A DNA stretch of 64,000 nt, taken from positions 26,908,001 through 26,972,000 of the forward strand of contig NC_043009.1 in the NCBI RefSeq assembly GCF_006345805.1, read 5' to 3'. Origin of the DNA: Octopus sinensis (lineage: Eukaryota). Made by a program: the position numbers and the translations under genes. The notes under the pieces were generated by a model, which was not told where the DNA came from, ran no database searches, and saw nothing but the letters and a program-made list of their open reading frames with translations. Shown here piece after piece: positions 26,522 to 40,244 of the stretch (its first letter is position 1; every line of letters starts with the position of its first letter).

Positions 26522-27340
26522 ATCTATATATATATACACGCCACCTACATACACACACGCACGCATACACACGCATACACACATACATTACACACGTACA
26601 CACACACCCACATACACATGCATACACACCACACACAAACACTGCACGGACACACCCAGACATACACACATACACCTATAACACACGCCCACACACCTAC
26701 ATACACACACATATACACACGCCCACACACCTACATACACACACATACATACACACACATACACGGACACACCCACACATACTTACATACATACACCTAT
26801 ACACACACGCCTACACACCTACATACACACACATGCATACACACACACACACATGTACGCACATACACACACATATACGCACATACATATATACCCACAC
26901 ACATGCACACACACACACACATACGCACATGCATGCATGCATGCACACGCGCACACCTACACGCATACACACACACACACACGCACGTACACATACATAC
27001 ATACACACACGCATGCATACACCCATACACATACATTCATCCGACACACACATACATACACACACACACATACATACACACACACACACTCACTCACACA
27101 CCTGTATGTACGCGCACACACATGCACATACACACACTTCCCCACACCCACACGTACATACATACACACTCACACAAATACACACACACACACACACACG
27201 GACATACATCTATGCACACACACATACATACACATACTCACATACATTCATCGGACACACTGCCACCCAGACATACACACAGACACACTCACACATCCAC
27301 ACACATACATACTTATGCGCATATCGCAGGCACGCCCACA
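26460..27340. repeat. Long degenerate (CA)n/(TACA)n low-complexity tract
   Basis: Visible directly; it gives rise to many spurious His/Thr and Val/Cys ORFs. Confidence 0.9.
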
Positions 27341-28082
27341 CACGCACTTGCGCCGGCTCGCGTTGCATACGCGCCGCATACACCTCGCCTTGGACCTGAC
27401 GAGACCCCTCCGCCGTTCCTGGGACCGTCGCGTGTCGTTGGGTTTTCCCACGCCTGTCTCCGCGGTACCACTCTTCCATCTCCCCTCAGCTGGAGTCCTT
27501 TTTCCTTAACCCCCCCCCTTTTTTCGTTACACACACGCGCACACATATACACACCTTGCCTATATATATACATCACTCTCACACACATTCAATCTACTCG
27601 CCATTAAACCACCACGACACTGCACACACACACACACTACTACTCAACACACGCTGGCACGCTACATACGCCCCCACCCCCTTCCCCTCCCTCCCTTCCT
27701 CTTCCTTCTTTTCTTACTACTGACCTCCCTTCCTCCTTCCTTCTTTTTCTCACTACTGACCTGTCTGCTAGCTGACCACTAGTCTCCCTACCCCACACGC
27801 CTACACACAGACGCACACACTAACACACACATATATTTTTTGTTTTTTCATCTCGCCTCACACACACACATACACACACGCAGGCGCACACACTCACACA
27901 AACACACACATCTGTTGGTTTACCAAACCTTGTCTCCACTCTTTTGCCTTTAAAAAACCCACTTTGCTCTTGTTTCGTCAACATCCGCCTTTCACCATGT
28001 GCAACTAGTAAACACCAGTCGTCTTTTTTCTCTTTCCCTGTTGCCGCTCTGGGATCTTTCTTTCCTATCTCTTCCTTCTTAT

Positions 28083-28117
28083 GTTTCCGACGAAGAGCTC
28101 CGCTCGAAACGTCATAC
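28083..28117 (+). ncRNA. Degenerate minimal hammerhead ribozyme motif (Penelope-type)
   Basis: GTTT-CCGACGA-A-GAGC TCC GCTC-GAAAC-GTC-ATAC. The core has U4>C and stem I has one mismatch. Confidence 0.55.
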
Positions 28118-28201
28118 CTCCCTGCTTCCATCTCCTGAGCGCCTATAAATATAATACTGTAATGTTCCTGTTGTTGTTGTTTTTTTGTTTCCCTTTGGAT
28201 T

Positions 28202-28232
<31 letters not shown>

Positions 28233-28467
28233 AACACACACACACACACATGAGGGAGGTGCTGAGAAGATCCTGGCTTTGGATAAAAGAAAGCACAGGA
28301 GGAATCGTTAATTATGATTGTATCCAACATATTTCTCTCTCAGATTCATACACTTATTGTAGCGGTCCTTCAGTTTTTGTAAACCCTGTTAAAGAACTCG
28401 GAAGGTTGGGATTCTAACCAGGCCTTTCGCGAAACCTTTAGAGCTAGGAACTTTTCACCACCCCTCG

Positions 28468-28522
<55 letters not shown>

Positions 28523-30410
28523 ATCTATCTATCTATCTGTCTATCTGTCTGTCTGTTGTCTGTCTATCTGTCTGTCTAGAGCGGATGTATGTAACGCATC
28601 ACTTCATACCTTACTTTTTTCAGGATAAATAATTTTTGTGCACCATAAAATTAATTATTGATAATTTTCACTGTACTCGTAATATTTTTTCGTATTTCAT
28701 ATTTCTTCATTTCATAGTATAAATCGTTTACAACCGGTATTATTAAATACGCCTAAGTAGAAAAAGACCTTTTGCTTAGCGATAAAAAAAAAAACAGGAT
28801 TAACTGCTCTCCTTTTCCCTTCAAGCAGGGATCATGAAAAGAAAAAAAAAAACGAGAGAAAGGCAGAGGTAAGCAAATGAAGGTTGCTTTCAGTTATAGC
28901 TAGGAAAATGGAGTGGTGTTATTTTGTCCGTATTCTGTTATTCTCTTTGTGAAGGGAGGTGAAAAACTGAGACAAGAAGAAAGCGTGGGAGGTCAAAGAG
29001 AGAAAGACACAAAAAGGCATTTCTTTAATTGCTTGCTTTCAAGCCAGCTGACACGTTAGCAACTAATTCTGGTTTAAGCACATCATAACTTTTTTATATT
29101 TTGGAATTTTCAGAATTTTTTTGTGAATTTGTGTTCTACACACCGAAATTAATACGATTATACAAATTCTTTTTTTTGTGTGTGGTTTAGGGACGATTTA
29201 GCTGCTGTTTTTAGCATATAGTACAACCACCTGATACCGTCCTCTTTTTTTGCCAATCTGACATATATCTATGTTTTTCAATATTTTTCATCCCATAAGC
29301 GCATTTAATAGAATGATGATGCACTCAAGGGCGGTCCATTGCTGGGATTTAAGCAAAACATTCGGACTGTCCCTATTTTAAACCCTGATTTAAAAAAAAA
29401 ATTCGGAAAACAGTGAAATTTTTAGGGTTTATGGGGTGGGGTGGGGTATTAAAGAATAAAAAAAAAATTTCTTTCACAATCGTATGAATTCATATGTTGA
29501 TATTTATTGAAAATATACATACATACACGTATGTTTTGACATGTATATATATATATATATATATAATATATATAATATATATAGTATATATATATTATAT
29601 ATTATATATATATATATACATGACAAAACATACATGTCAAAACATACATGTCAAAACATACATGTATGTATTAATATATATACATACATACATACATACA
29701 TACATACATACATACATACATGTTTTGACACTGCCGCTATGGCGCCGCTTATTTCGTGCCTTGGATTTGACGCCGATTGTTTGACATTAGGCATTTTAAT
29801 GCTCCTCTCGTTCTCTTCCTTCATTCTCTCTCTGTTTCTGTGTGTGAGCATATTTCCTTTTATTTGCAGAGAAAAATGTTTGTGACAATCGTGCTCAATT
29901 AACAAATTGTTACGTCTCTGTCTGTCTGTTTGCCCCCCCCTCTCTCTCTCTCTCTGTGTTTCTGTATATTTCGCACGTCATTGTGCGTTTCAATAATTAA
30001 GAGACTGTAATATTTTCGACTCTTACATCATATTTTTTTTATCAATACTCAGTTATTAATTAATTTGGTGGTATAGTTAAGAGAGAGAGAAAGGAAGTGC
30101 AGGTGATAAACGCGTTTGATACTAGTTAGAAGTTCGACTCAATTTTCGATTGAAAACGAATTTTAAACTGGCGCTAATGGGCTTGACCTTCATATAGCTT
30201 TTGTTTTTGCTGTTTGAGATCTAGAAATGTTATTTTTAGCAAACTTATAATGACTGATGCTCTTAAGAGTATCTTCTATATATATTCATTGTTAATATAT
30301 TTGAAAATTCTATTTATCTCAACGGTATTTCGTCCCCCTTTAAATAGGTTTTTAAGAGAACTGAATTGCAGAACAAAAAACAGATTCAAGGAAAACGTAA
30401 TTTTAAGAAC

Positions 30411-30462
30411 ATGGCTGAAAATGAGGAATATCGATTAAGATCAAACACAGGAATAACTACAG
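30411..30462 (+). CDS. SLC22 gene B putative first coding exon ([17 protein letters not shown])
   Basis: AACATGG start and ACAG|gtaaat donor; phase 1 joins exon 2 in frame. Confidence 0.7.
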
Positions 30463-31744
30463 GTAAATTATTTTTGTATATTTCATTTATAAAGTCTTGA
30501 GATTTTAATTATTATTGCAGTAATACATTTACTTCTTAACATTTTTTTTTGGTATTTTAATGTAAGGAATGTAGCATAGAAATTTTATTAATAATTTTTA
30601 TTAATACCATTATTATGTTATTAATATCATTATTATGTTCTCATTATGGGTATAATTTTAGTTGATTAAAATACAACGTGTATGATAGGTCACACATAAC
30701 TATACGACAGAATGCTGAAAATTTCCTGGTTTTAAGGATGTCGCGAAAGGCTTGGTTGGAGGCCCAAACTTCCGAGTTCTTTTACAGGGCTTAGAAAAAC
30801 TGAAATACCGTTGCAATAAGTATGTGAATCTGTTCGATAAAATCATTATTAACTGAGACTCATGTATTTTCTTTTACCAAAACCCAGGAACTTTTCAGCA
30901 GACCGTCGTATGTCCTTCAAAAGAAGGCGTCACTAGGAAAATTTTCAATGTTGTCGTAATAATTGCCTAATTAGCAAATTATCTTCGTACCAAAATTATA
31001 TACTCTTCAAGTCATCGTGTAGTTTGGTGCATATATGCTAGACTGTGCCTAACTGAAGAGGTTCAGCAAGAGTGAAACATATCTAGAGTTGTCTTCATAG
31101 CAACCAAAGTAATCACTGTCTTGAATATTTCTATTTAATAGTTAGTTGATTTAAGGCGGCGAGTTGGCAGGATCGTTAGCGCGCCGGGAAAAATGCTGAG
31201 TTCAAATTCCGCCGAGGTCGATTTTGTCTTTCATCCTTTTGGAGTCGGTAAAATAAGAACTAGTTGAACACTGGGGTCGATGTATCTGACCCAGCCCTTG
31301 TGCCTAAATTTGAAACGATTATTTAAATTAAACATCAAAATTCTCTCCATTTTATTTGAAAATGATTTTCATGCAGGTGCTGGTACGGCTATGCGGTTGA
31401 AAAGCGTGCGCCTCAACTTATTAGTACACGTGTCTTTGTATTTGTTTCCATATTGCTTGAGAATCGCTTTTAGTTTGTTTATTTGTTTCGGCCTCATAAT
31501 TTAATGGTTCGAAGAAAGTGGCCGATAAAACAAATGCCACACTTCAACAATAGCAAAAAAGAAAAAAAAAAAAACGAACTGGGATCGATTTATTCGACTT
31601 AACTCCCCAAAGTGATGCCCCAGCATGGCCGTAGTCAAATGACTGAAACGATTTCAAAAATAAACGAATAAAATACGACACTAGTCAATTCTCATCCTTT
31701 CTCTCATTACGATTACAAAATATGAATTGCTCAACAGTGGTTTT

Positions 31745-31782
<38 letters not shown>

Positions 31783-32695
31783 TAATAGTTATCGCCATAC
31801 TTATATGGCAGTCTTATAAATATAAGACTAAAGCTGTCGCTGATTAGCTCCAAGAGGCCACCGCCTCAAGCTAGCTATTTGACACACAACCTGCGTCCAT
31901 TATAAATCTTCGAACAGGGGAGGTCAGCCGCTTCATCCTGCCAGTCAGACAGCTGCAGACATGTTTCAGGGTATTTGCCCTTTATCAATGCAGCGTAGTC
32001 AGACCCAGCAGGTGTCGCTACTGATTGTCCCTGTTCGAATAATCTATTTACCTAGTTTCAGTGGAATACATCCACTTGTTTTCAATAATAGAAATATGGC
32101 GGGCTTATTCACAATGCATTTCGGTAACAAATTGCTTACTCGGAATAAAAATTCAGTATTGAACTATTCCGGTGAAAAATATAAATTAACAATTGAGGAT
32201 AAAATCTTTAAAAGAAATTATCAGTAGTTAGCGTGAAAAACCTCGTAAGAGAAAAAATCTGTAAATTTTTCCACTTTGAAATAATTTCTTATAAAGATTT
32301 TATCCTTAATTTTAAATTTTTCACCGGAATAGTTCAATACTGAATTTTTGTTCCGAATAGGCAAATTGTTACGAAAATGCATTGCGAATAAGCTCGCCAT
32401 TTTCATAGATATGTAAAGATAAACATTCGTACATGCTACGACGAATTCTACGGTTGGCTGTCGGGTATGCTATATTGTGTTTTTTCCTTATATGTCTTGA
32501 GTTCGTTGCACTGAAGAGCATAGAATGCATATTCTGCATTGATTGCGAAATCACAGGTGATATGTAACTAAATTCTGTTTTTAAGTGACTTGCTTTGAAG
32601 TTTTGCATTCGGTACAATTTGTTTATTTTAGTAGTTTTGACTGCAAGAGTCCCTCCTAGCGTGCGGTACCTATGAATAATAGTACCCTCTATATA

Positions 32696-32737
<42 letters not shown>

Positions 32738-32927
32738 ATTGCTACGTACAATCAAGATTCATAACTCTGCAAAGATGGTAACATTTTGGCAGCTAAGTCA
32801 TTACGAGAGGATTTGTTGGAATCAAGGTGCATTCGATACACAAGAGACTTAGATTAACTGCGAACGGAAGAAAAGATGTTTGCAGAAAAATGCTAAATGC
32901 CTCTGAGAAAGCAAGCCATTACATTTG

Positions 32928-33012
<85 letters not shown>

Positions 33013-33741
33013 GAAAGACAGGACGTGTGACACAGCAAAATTGGGCATTTAGGATAATGGAACCATCTGGCCCAGAGTCACAACTTCTGGCTCAATATAG
33101 GTGAGCGACCCCGGGCAGGTCTGATATCGGATTAGAAGAGGCTGCTGCTCTTTTAACGCATGGAACAGTGTCTAATGAAATTTGCAGAAAAAAATGTAGA
33201 AAACTCATAGAATTATTTTCAACACTAATTAGTGTGTGGTGGTGGTGGATCTCCGTCGTTCGACGATAAGGATTCATTTGTCCGATCAGCTGACTGTAAA
33301 TAGTTGAGTATTCTACAGACAAGCGTACCGTTATTGTAAGTTGCAGGTAGAATGAGCGTGGCATAGTGTATGGCAGAATTACTTTTTAACTTCGCGTAAA
33401 ATGCACCGGCTGCTTTCTATTCAGTTTCGTCTGCCCAGTTTCACTCACAAGATATGGGGTCATCCGACGCTATAGAAAATGGCATTTGCTTAAAGTGTCA
33501 TGAAGTGGAACGAAACTTGGTACTCTATTACTTGTTTCAGTCATTTGACTGCGGCCGTGCTGGAGCACTGCCTTTTAGTCGAGCAAATCGACCCCAGGAC
33601 TTATTCTTTGTAAGCCTAGTACTTATTCTATCGGTCTCTATTGCCGAACCGCTAAGTTACGGGGACGTAAACACACCAGCATCGGTTGTCAAGCGATGTT
33701 GGGGGGACAAACACAGACACACAAACACAGACACACAAATA

Positions 33742-33791
<50 letters not shown>

Positions 33792-35430
33792 TATATACGA
33801 CGGCCTTCTTTCAGTTTCCGCCTACCAAATGCACTCACAAGGCTTTGGTCGGCCCGAGGCTATAGTAGAAGATACTTGCCCAAGATGCCACGCAGTGGGA
33901 CTGAACCCGGAACCATGTGGCTGGTAAGCAAGCTACTTACCACACATCCAATCCTACTTCGTGATTATGAAACAAGCTTTTTAATCATTCAGCCATATTA
34001 CGCATACTCTTCCCCGAGTATTGCTATCATTGAACAAATGCCTATTAGCAAAACCATATCTTATTTTAGTTGTATGCTTTACCGTAATTCACAATAGGGG
34101 AATTCTCGTTTTGGTACTTGAAATTATTATACCTTTTAATTTTGTATAATTAAAACAAATATCACATATTTGATTACTACATTTATTTCTCTTATTTCAG
34201 ATATATCAGATAAAGACATTTCGCGTCTTTTTAAAAAATGTGGAACTTTTGGACGTTATCAGCGTTGGTTATACTCTTATCTTTTCATCACAAAGATACT
34301 AACGGGATCTTCAGGAATGAGTTTAACATTTAGTACTGCAAATGTTCCCTTCTTATGTTATCCTCCAAACTTTAATGCTTCGTTGATTCCTGCAAACCTT
34401 ACAGAGAATGAATATTTACAAATGCTTCAACCTGACGGCGACGATCAATGTTCTGTATATAACAATAGTTTCACTGGGACATATTATACAACACCATCAA
34501 GTAATTCATCTAAACTACAGTGTTCTTATGGACGGAAATTTCTGACGGAGAATTTTTCTACAATTGTAAGCGAGGTGAGTGTATCAATCAACCAATTGCG
34601 GTAAAAGGAGTAAGAATTAATCTGGGACTTAAACCCAACATTAAAAACTAGTTAAACAAGTCACCTGACAAATCTCTTGTGTACAGAAGCAATGAATATC
34701 CACTCTGATATATATTTATGTATCAGACGACATTATAGTGTTTTTGTTTTTACTTTGTATTATTATTTTTGTTGGATTGGGCTGGTGGAGGATGTGTCTA
34801 TGATCTTTTCTAGGCCCTCTGAGTTCGGTTAGAACAAACATGAGAGCTCCCAATTGTTAGACAAGTGCATGTACGTAAGGATATGCATTTACATTAGGAA
34901 TCGCTCTTGTTGTTAATGGAAAAACAGCAGATTCAGGCTTTAAGGTTTTCCAATGGCAATAACCATCCCGTTTTTCTACTTTTGGTTATTTGGACCGCAT
35001 ATTGTGTGTGTCATTTGATTTTTAAGACTGTAGATAGGGATTTGGAAGGAGTTTCGTTCCTAGATTAACGGGTCGATTGTTTGTCTCTAGAAGAGAACTG
35101 AAAATAAAGCACTATGAAAAGTGAGATGACTGAATTTAATGGAATAGTTTGTAATTGTTGTTATCGATCCTAATCGGGGAAGGTGCGAATTAGTGATTGT
35201 TTTGTTGTGAAAAAATATGGACTCGGCTGAATGGCTATTGAACGAGACTAAAAGAGATTTGAGAGGAATTGAAAGACGAATATTTTCTTGCTAGACTTCT
35301 CTGAACTTAGAACTTACAGTATTTTAAGAACCGTGCGACAATGAATACGAAGTATTTAAAGTTTGTGTCAATGATGTTAAATGATTGAAGAGTGAAGATG
35401 TTTGATTCAGAGCTGTAAAGTATAACGCAA

Positions 35431-35512
<82 letters not shown>

Positions 35513-36094
35513 AACGACAGAGACAGAATAAGAAAGAGAGACTGAAATAAAGGTGTTACGTGCATCACCATTAAGCAAAATTAAGCACTTTTCTTAACTG
35601 CACTGTCTTAACTATGTTAAATTTATTTTCCTTCAGTTCGATTTGGTGTGTGAAAGAAAATGGCTAAAATCCACTTTGCAGTCGGTTTATTTTGCTGGTT
35701 ATCTTGTTGGATCATTTGTAACTGGTATCTTAGCTGACAGGTAAGAGATATTTCAATAAATATATTTAACACTAGTGTGTTACCTGCTACACGCTATTTG
35801 AGAGTTAACTTTGGAAATATATTTTTGTTACCATGGGTAATACATACAATAATTAGAAGTTAACATTTTATCAGATTTCTTGGTGCTTATACAAAAAGAA
35901 GAAATAAATACTAATTTCCAAAAGAAAAGTATTTATTATTTTAAAATTAAATAAAACAAATTTCTTGCTTTCCAACGTCATGGTTCCGGATTCAGTTCCA
36001 TTGCGTGACACCCTGGGCAAGTGCCTTCTACTATGGCGTTGGGTTGCCCAAAGCCTTGCCACTGAGAGAAGCCCGTCGTATATATGTATGATTG

Positions 36095-36125
<31 letters not shown>

Positions 36126-37399
36126 TACAACGACGAGTGTTCTCGTTGGTCCGATCAATCGAACAGCCTGCTCGTGAAATTAACGCGCAAGTGGCTGAGC
36201 ACTTCACAGGCACACGTACCCTTAACGTGGTTCTAAGGGAGATTCAGCGTGATACAGAATCTGAAAAGCTGGCCCCTTTGAAATACAAGTACCACTCATT
36301 TTTGCGAGCTGACTAGATAGGAGCAACGTGAAATAAAGTGTCTTACTCAAGGACAAAACTCGCCACCTGGAATCGAACACACGACCTTACGATCATGAGC
36401 CGAATACCCTAACCATTAAACCACGCACCTTCACTCTAGTAGTGAAACGTATCCACACATACATAATCATTTAATGCATGCAAGTTAACATATATATAAA
36501 TGTATAAGGCGGCGAGCTGGCGGAATCGTTAAGACGCTGGTCAAAATCCATAGCGACATTTCATTCTAAGTTCAAATTCCGCCAAGATCGACTTTGCCTT
36601 TCATCCTTTCGGGGCGATAAAATGAATACCAGTTGAGTACTGGAGTTGATACAATTGACTTATCTCCTGCTCCGAAATTGCTGGCCTTGTGCCAACGTTT
36701 GAAATCAACTTATATATGTACATATACAAATGTAACTCTGTTCTATATTTTAGAGATGAGGAATTCTGTATATTATTTACATTGGACGGATATGTGTTGT
36801 TACCATAAGTTTCGTCTGATTTACTCTCCAGCCTTCGTTAGGTGTTCTGGTGGAATTTTGAACCCAACCCTTAGGAATAAGAATGCAGGGTTGGCTTCAG
36901 AATTCCACCAGAACACCTGATGAAGGCTGGAGAGTAAATCAGACGAAACGTTGCGGTAACAACAAACAAGATGAGGACACATATCCGTCCAATATAAATA
37001 ATAGATGTAACTGTTACCATTTGTGACAGGAAAAATCGATTCATTAGATTGGTTGTCTGTGTCCATAAGCATTTATTCATTCTATATTTTCTTTTAATTT
37101 AGAATTGGACGAAAACCTTGCTTCTTTCTAACAGCCACATGTATAACTGTTTGTGGAGTGATTAAAATCTTTGTATCATCACTCACCCTACTCACGGTCT
37201 TCTACTTTATGCAGGCTTTCGGTGTCTTAGGGTTTTTGGTCACTCTTTATTCCTTACGTAAGTTTATTGTGACAAATATATATTTTTCATGAATTATAGT
37301 AAGAGTAAGCAAAAACGCAAACATTTATACATAAATGAAATTAAAGTGTTTTAGCTACGACTGCGTACAAGACTAGGAAAGTTTGATATGTTTGTACAC

Positions 37400-37481
<82 letters not shown>

Positions 37482-37635
37482 CCTTCCGGGTTCTTTCACA
37501 GAGCTTAGAAAAACTGAAGGACCGCTGCAATAAGTGTGTGAATCTGAGAGGAGAATGTGTTGAATATAATCATAATTAACTGATCCTCCTATATTTTCTT
37601 TTACCCAAAGCTAGAAACTTTTCAACACCCCTCGC

Positions 37636-37692
<57 letters not shown>

Positions 37693-38325
37693 TTCGGTTG
37701 TGTCCTTTGATGCTGTACACTTTACTAGATATTTTTGACTCAGTGTCCGTGCTGCGTTATGACCATAGTATCTGAGCAGCGATAGATTTTTATAAACTTG
37801 AGTCACGTAAAATTGGAATAATTATAAAACCAGCTACTGATATTTCAAAGGCATTCAATGTTTTCATATCAAATAATTTTGTACCAAATTGCTATGTAGA
37901 TTTCATCCTTCCTAACCGTTACTAGCGTAGCGGAATTTGCATAACAATTATTTACGTAACCAACTGAAACGTACGTACTAAATGCATTCGAAATATCAGT
38001 AATTACTAATATATATATATATATCACGTGATCACATGACCGACCAGACTATCAATTGTTGTTACACATCGCTGGTCACAATGCGTTCGCATTGTTTTAG
38101 CCCTCGAATGACGCCACCCCGCTGGCTAAGCGAGCAGGCCAACAGAAGAAAGAGTGGGAGAAAGAGAGGTGAAAGAGTACAGCAGGGATCACCACCCCCT
38201 GCCGGAGCCTCGTGGAGCTTTTAGGTGTTTTCGCTCAATAAACACTCACAACGCCCGGTCTGGGAATCGAAACCGCGATCCTGCGACCGCGAGTCCGCTG
38301 CCCTAACCACTAGGCCATTGCGCCT

Positions 38326-38368
<43 letters not shown>

Positions 38369-38538
38369 GCTTCATAATATAAGGGAACGGTCGTATAATC
38401 ATGTACCTGCAAGCGTGGACAGCTACGTTGTGTAGAAACAATTTCAATAATTGCAAATAAACGTCCAACTGTACTCCTTGTTGACTCCAACTTTTTCTAT
38501 TACATATATGTACACATATACACACACATATATGTATG

Positions 38539-38592
<54 letters not shown>

Positions 38593-38906
38593 TATATATT
38601 TATTTATATATATGTATATACATATGTACACACACACACACATATATATCTATATATACATCTCCTCGAAAAAGAGTAATTACCTCCCTTGCTTTTAATA
38701 ATAACAATCATTTATTATCATATCCCCTTAAATATATTTAGCTACTGATTCATTTACAAAACAAATTTCCTGCTACTATCATGGACTGAAAACTTCTTAT
38801 GATACCATAAAATCGTAATATTTTCACTAATTTCTTAATCATGTTTAGCGTAAGCAAAACCGGTAGACTATGTAAATAATTTATCTTATAAAAGATATAT
38901 AAATTC

Positions 38907-38985
<79 letters not shown>

Positions 38986-39238
38986 CTGTATAAAAATATA
39001 TTTGTATGTATATAAATATATATATGTGTACCTTTTATACATTTTCAGTTATGGAGTTGACGTCGGTAAAGCTACGCACACCTGCTAATTTTATGTTAAT
39101 GGCGAGCTTCACTGTCGGTACAATGATGCTAACAGGGCTTGCTTATGTTATGCCTCATTGGAAAAATTTGGAATTAACAGTGTGTCTTTTACCTGTAATC
39201 AATTGTTTCTCTTGGAAGTGAGTGAGGTGTTCTCTATT

Positions 39239-39273
<35 letters not shown>

Positions 39274-39274
39274 T

Positions 39275-39315
<41 letters not shown>

Positions 39316-40182
39316 TATTATTATTATTTGCAATCTTCTAATTGTAAATTGGACTATTTTTCTGCAGTTATTTAGCAACTGTACTATACCTACTTATTGA
39401 GGAAATGTTTTTTATTAACAAAAATGTAATAAAAAGTCACAAAGGCACACACACATACGACGGGTTTTTTTCAGTTTCCATCTACCAAAACCACCCACAA
39501 GGCTTTGGTCAGCCTGAGGCTATAGTAGAAGACACTCGCCGAAGGTGACACGCAGTGGGACTGAACTCAGAACTCAGAATTGTGTGGTTAGGAAGCAAGC
39601 TTCTTACAATACCGCCACGACTACGCCTATAAGAAACATAATTGAAAAATCATTGTATGGATATAATTTATTAAATTTAAATTGCTAAATATAAATGAAA
39701 TTTGTACTCAGATAATCATGAAATATTACATCTAGAGTGTTAGGAATTAAAAAAAATAAACTGCACGATCTATTTTTATACAAATATTCCAGGTGGATCC
39801 CCGAATCTCCAAGATGGCTCATTGGTAGAAAACGGTTCGCAGAGGCACAAGCAATTTTTCGGAATATTATGAAGATAAATAAAAAACGTCACGTGGAAAT
39901 ATTAGATATTCTAAAAACCAACGAAGAGTTCTCACAAGAAAATAACTTTCAAGAAAATATGCTCGAGAAAACAATAAAACCGAAGCGAAAGAATTTTAGT
40001 TTTATCGATCTATTTAAAACATTCCGTCTAGCAATAATCACATGTAATATTTGCTTTAGTTGGTAAATATAAATCTTACCTATTCTCTTTTGTATTTTAT
40101 GTTGTTGATGTTATTCTTAGGGTGAGCTTGACAATATTCTAGGTAAATAAGTGTTGCATGAGAAAGATAGATAGATAGATAA

Positions 40183-40244
<62 letters not shown>

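Noticed and set aside
26391-27607. Long His/Thr-rich ORFs (up to 329 aa)
   Set aside because: These are translations of a degenerate (CA)n tract.
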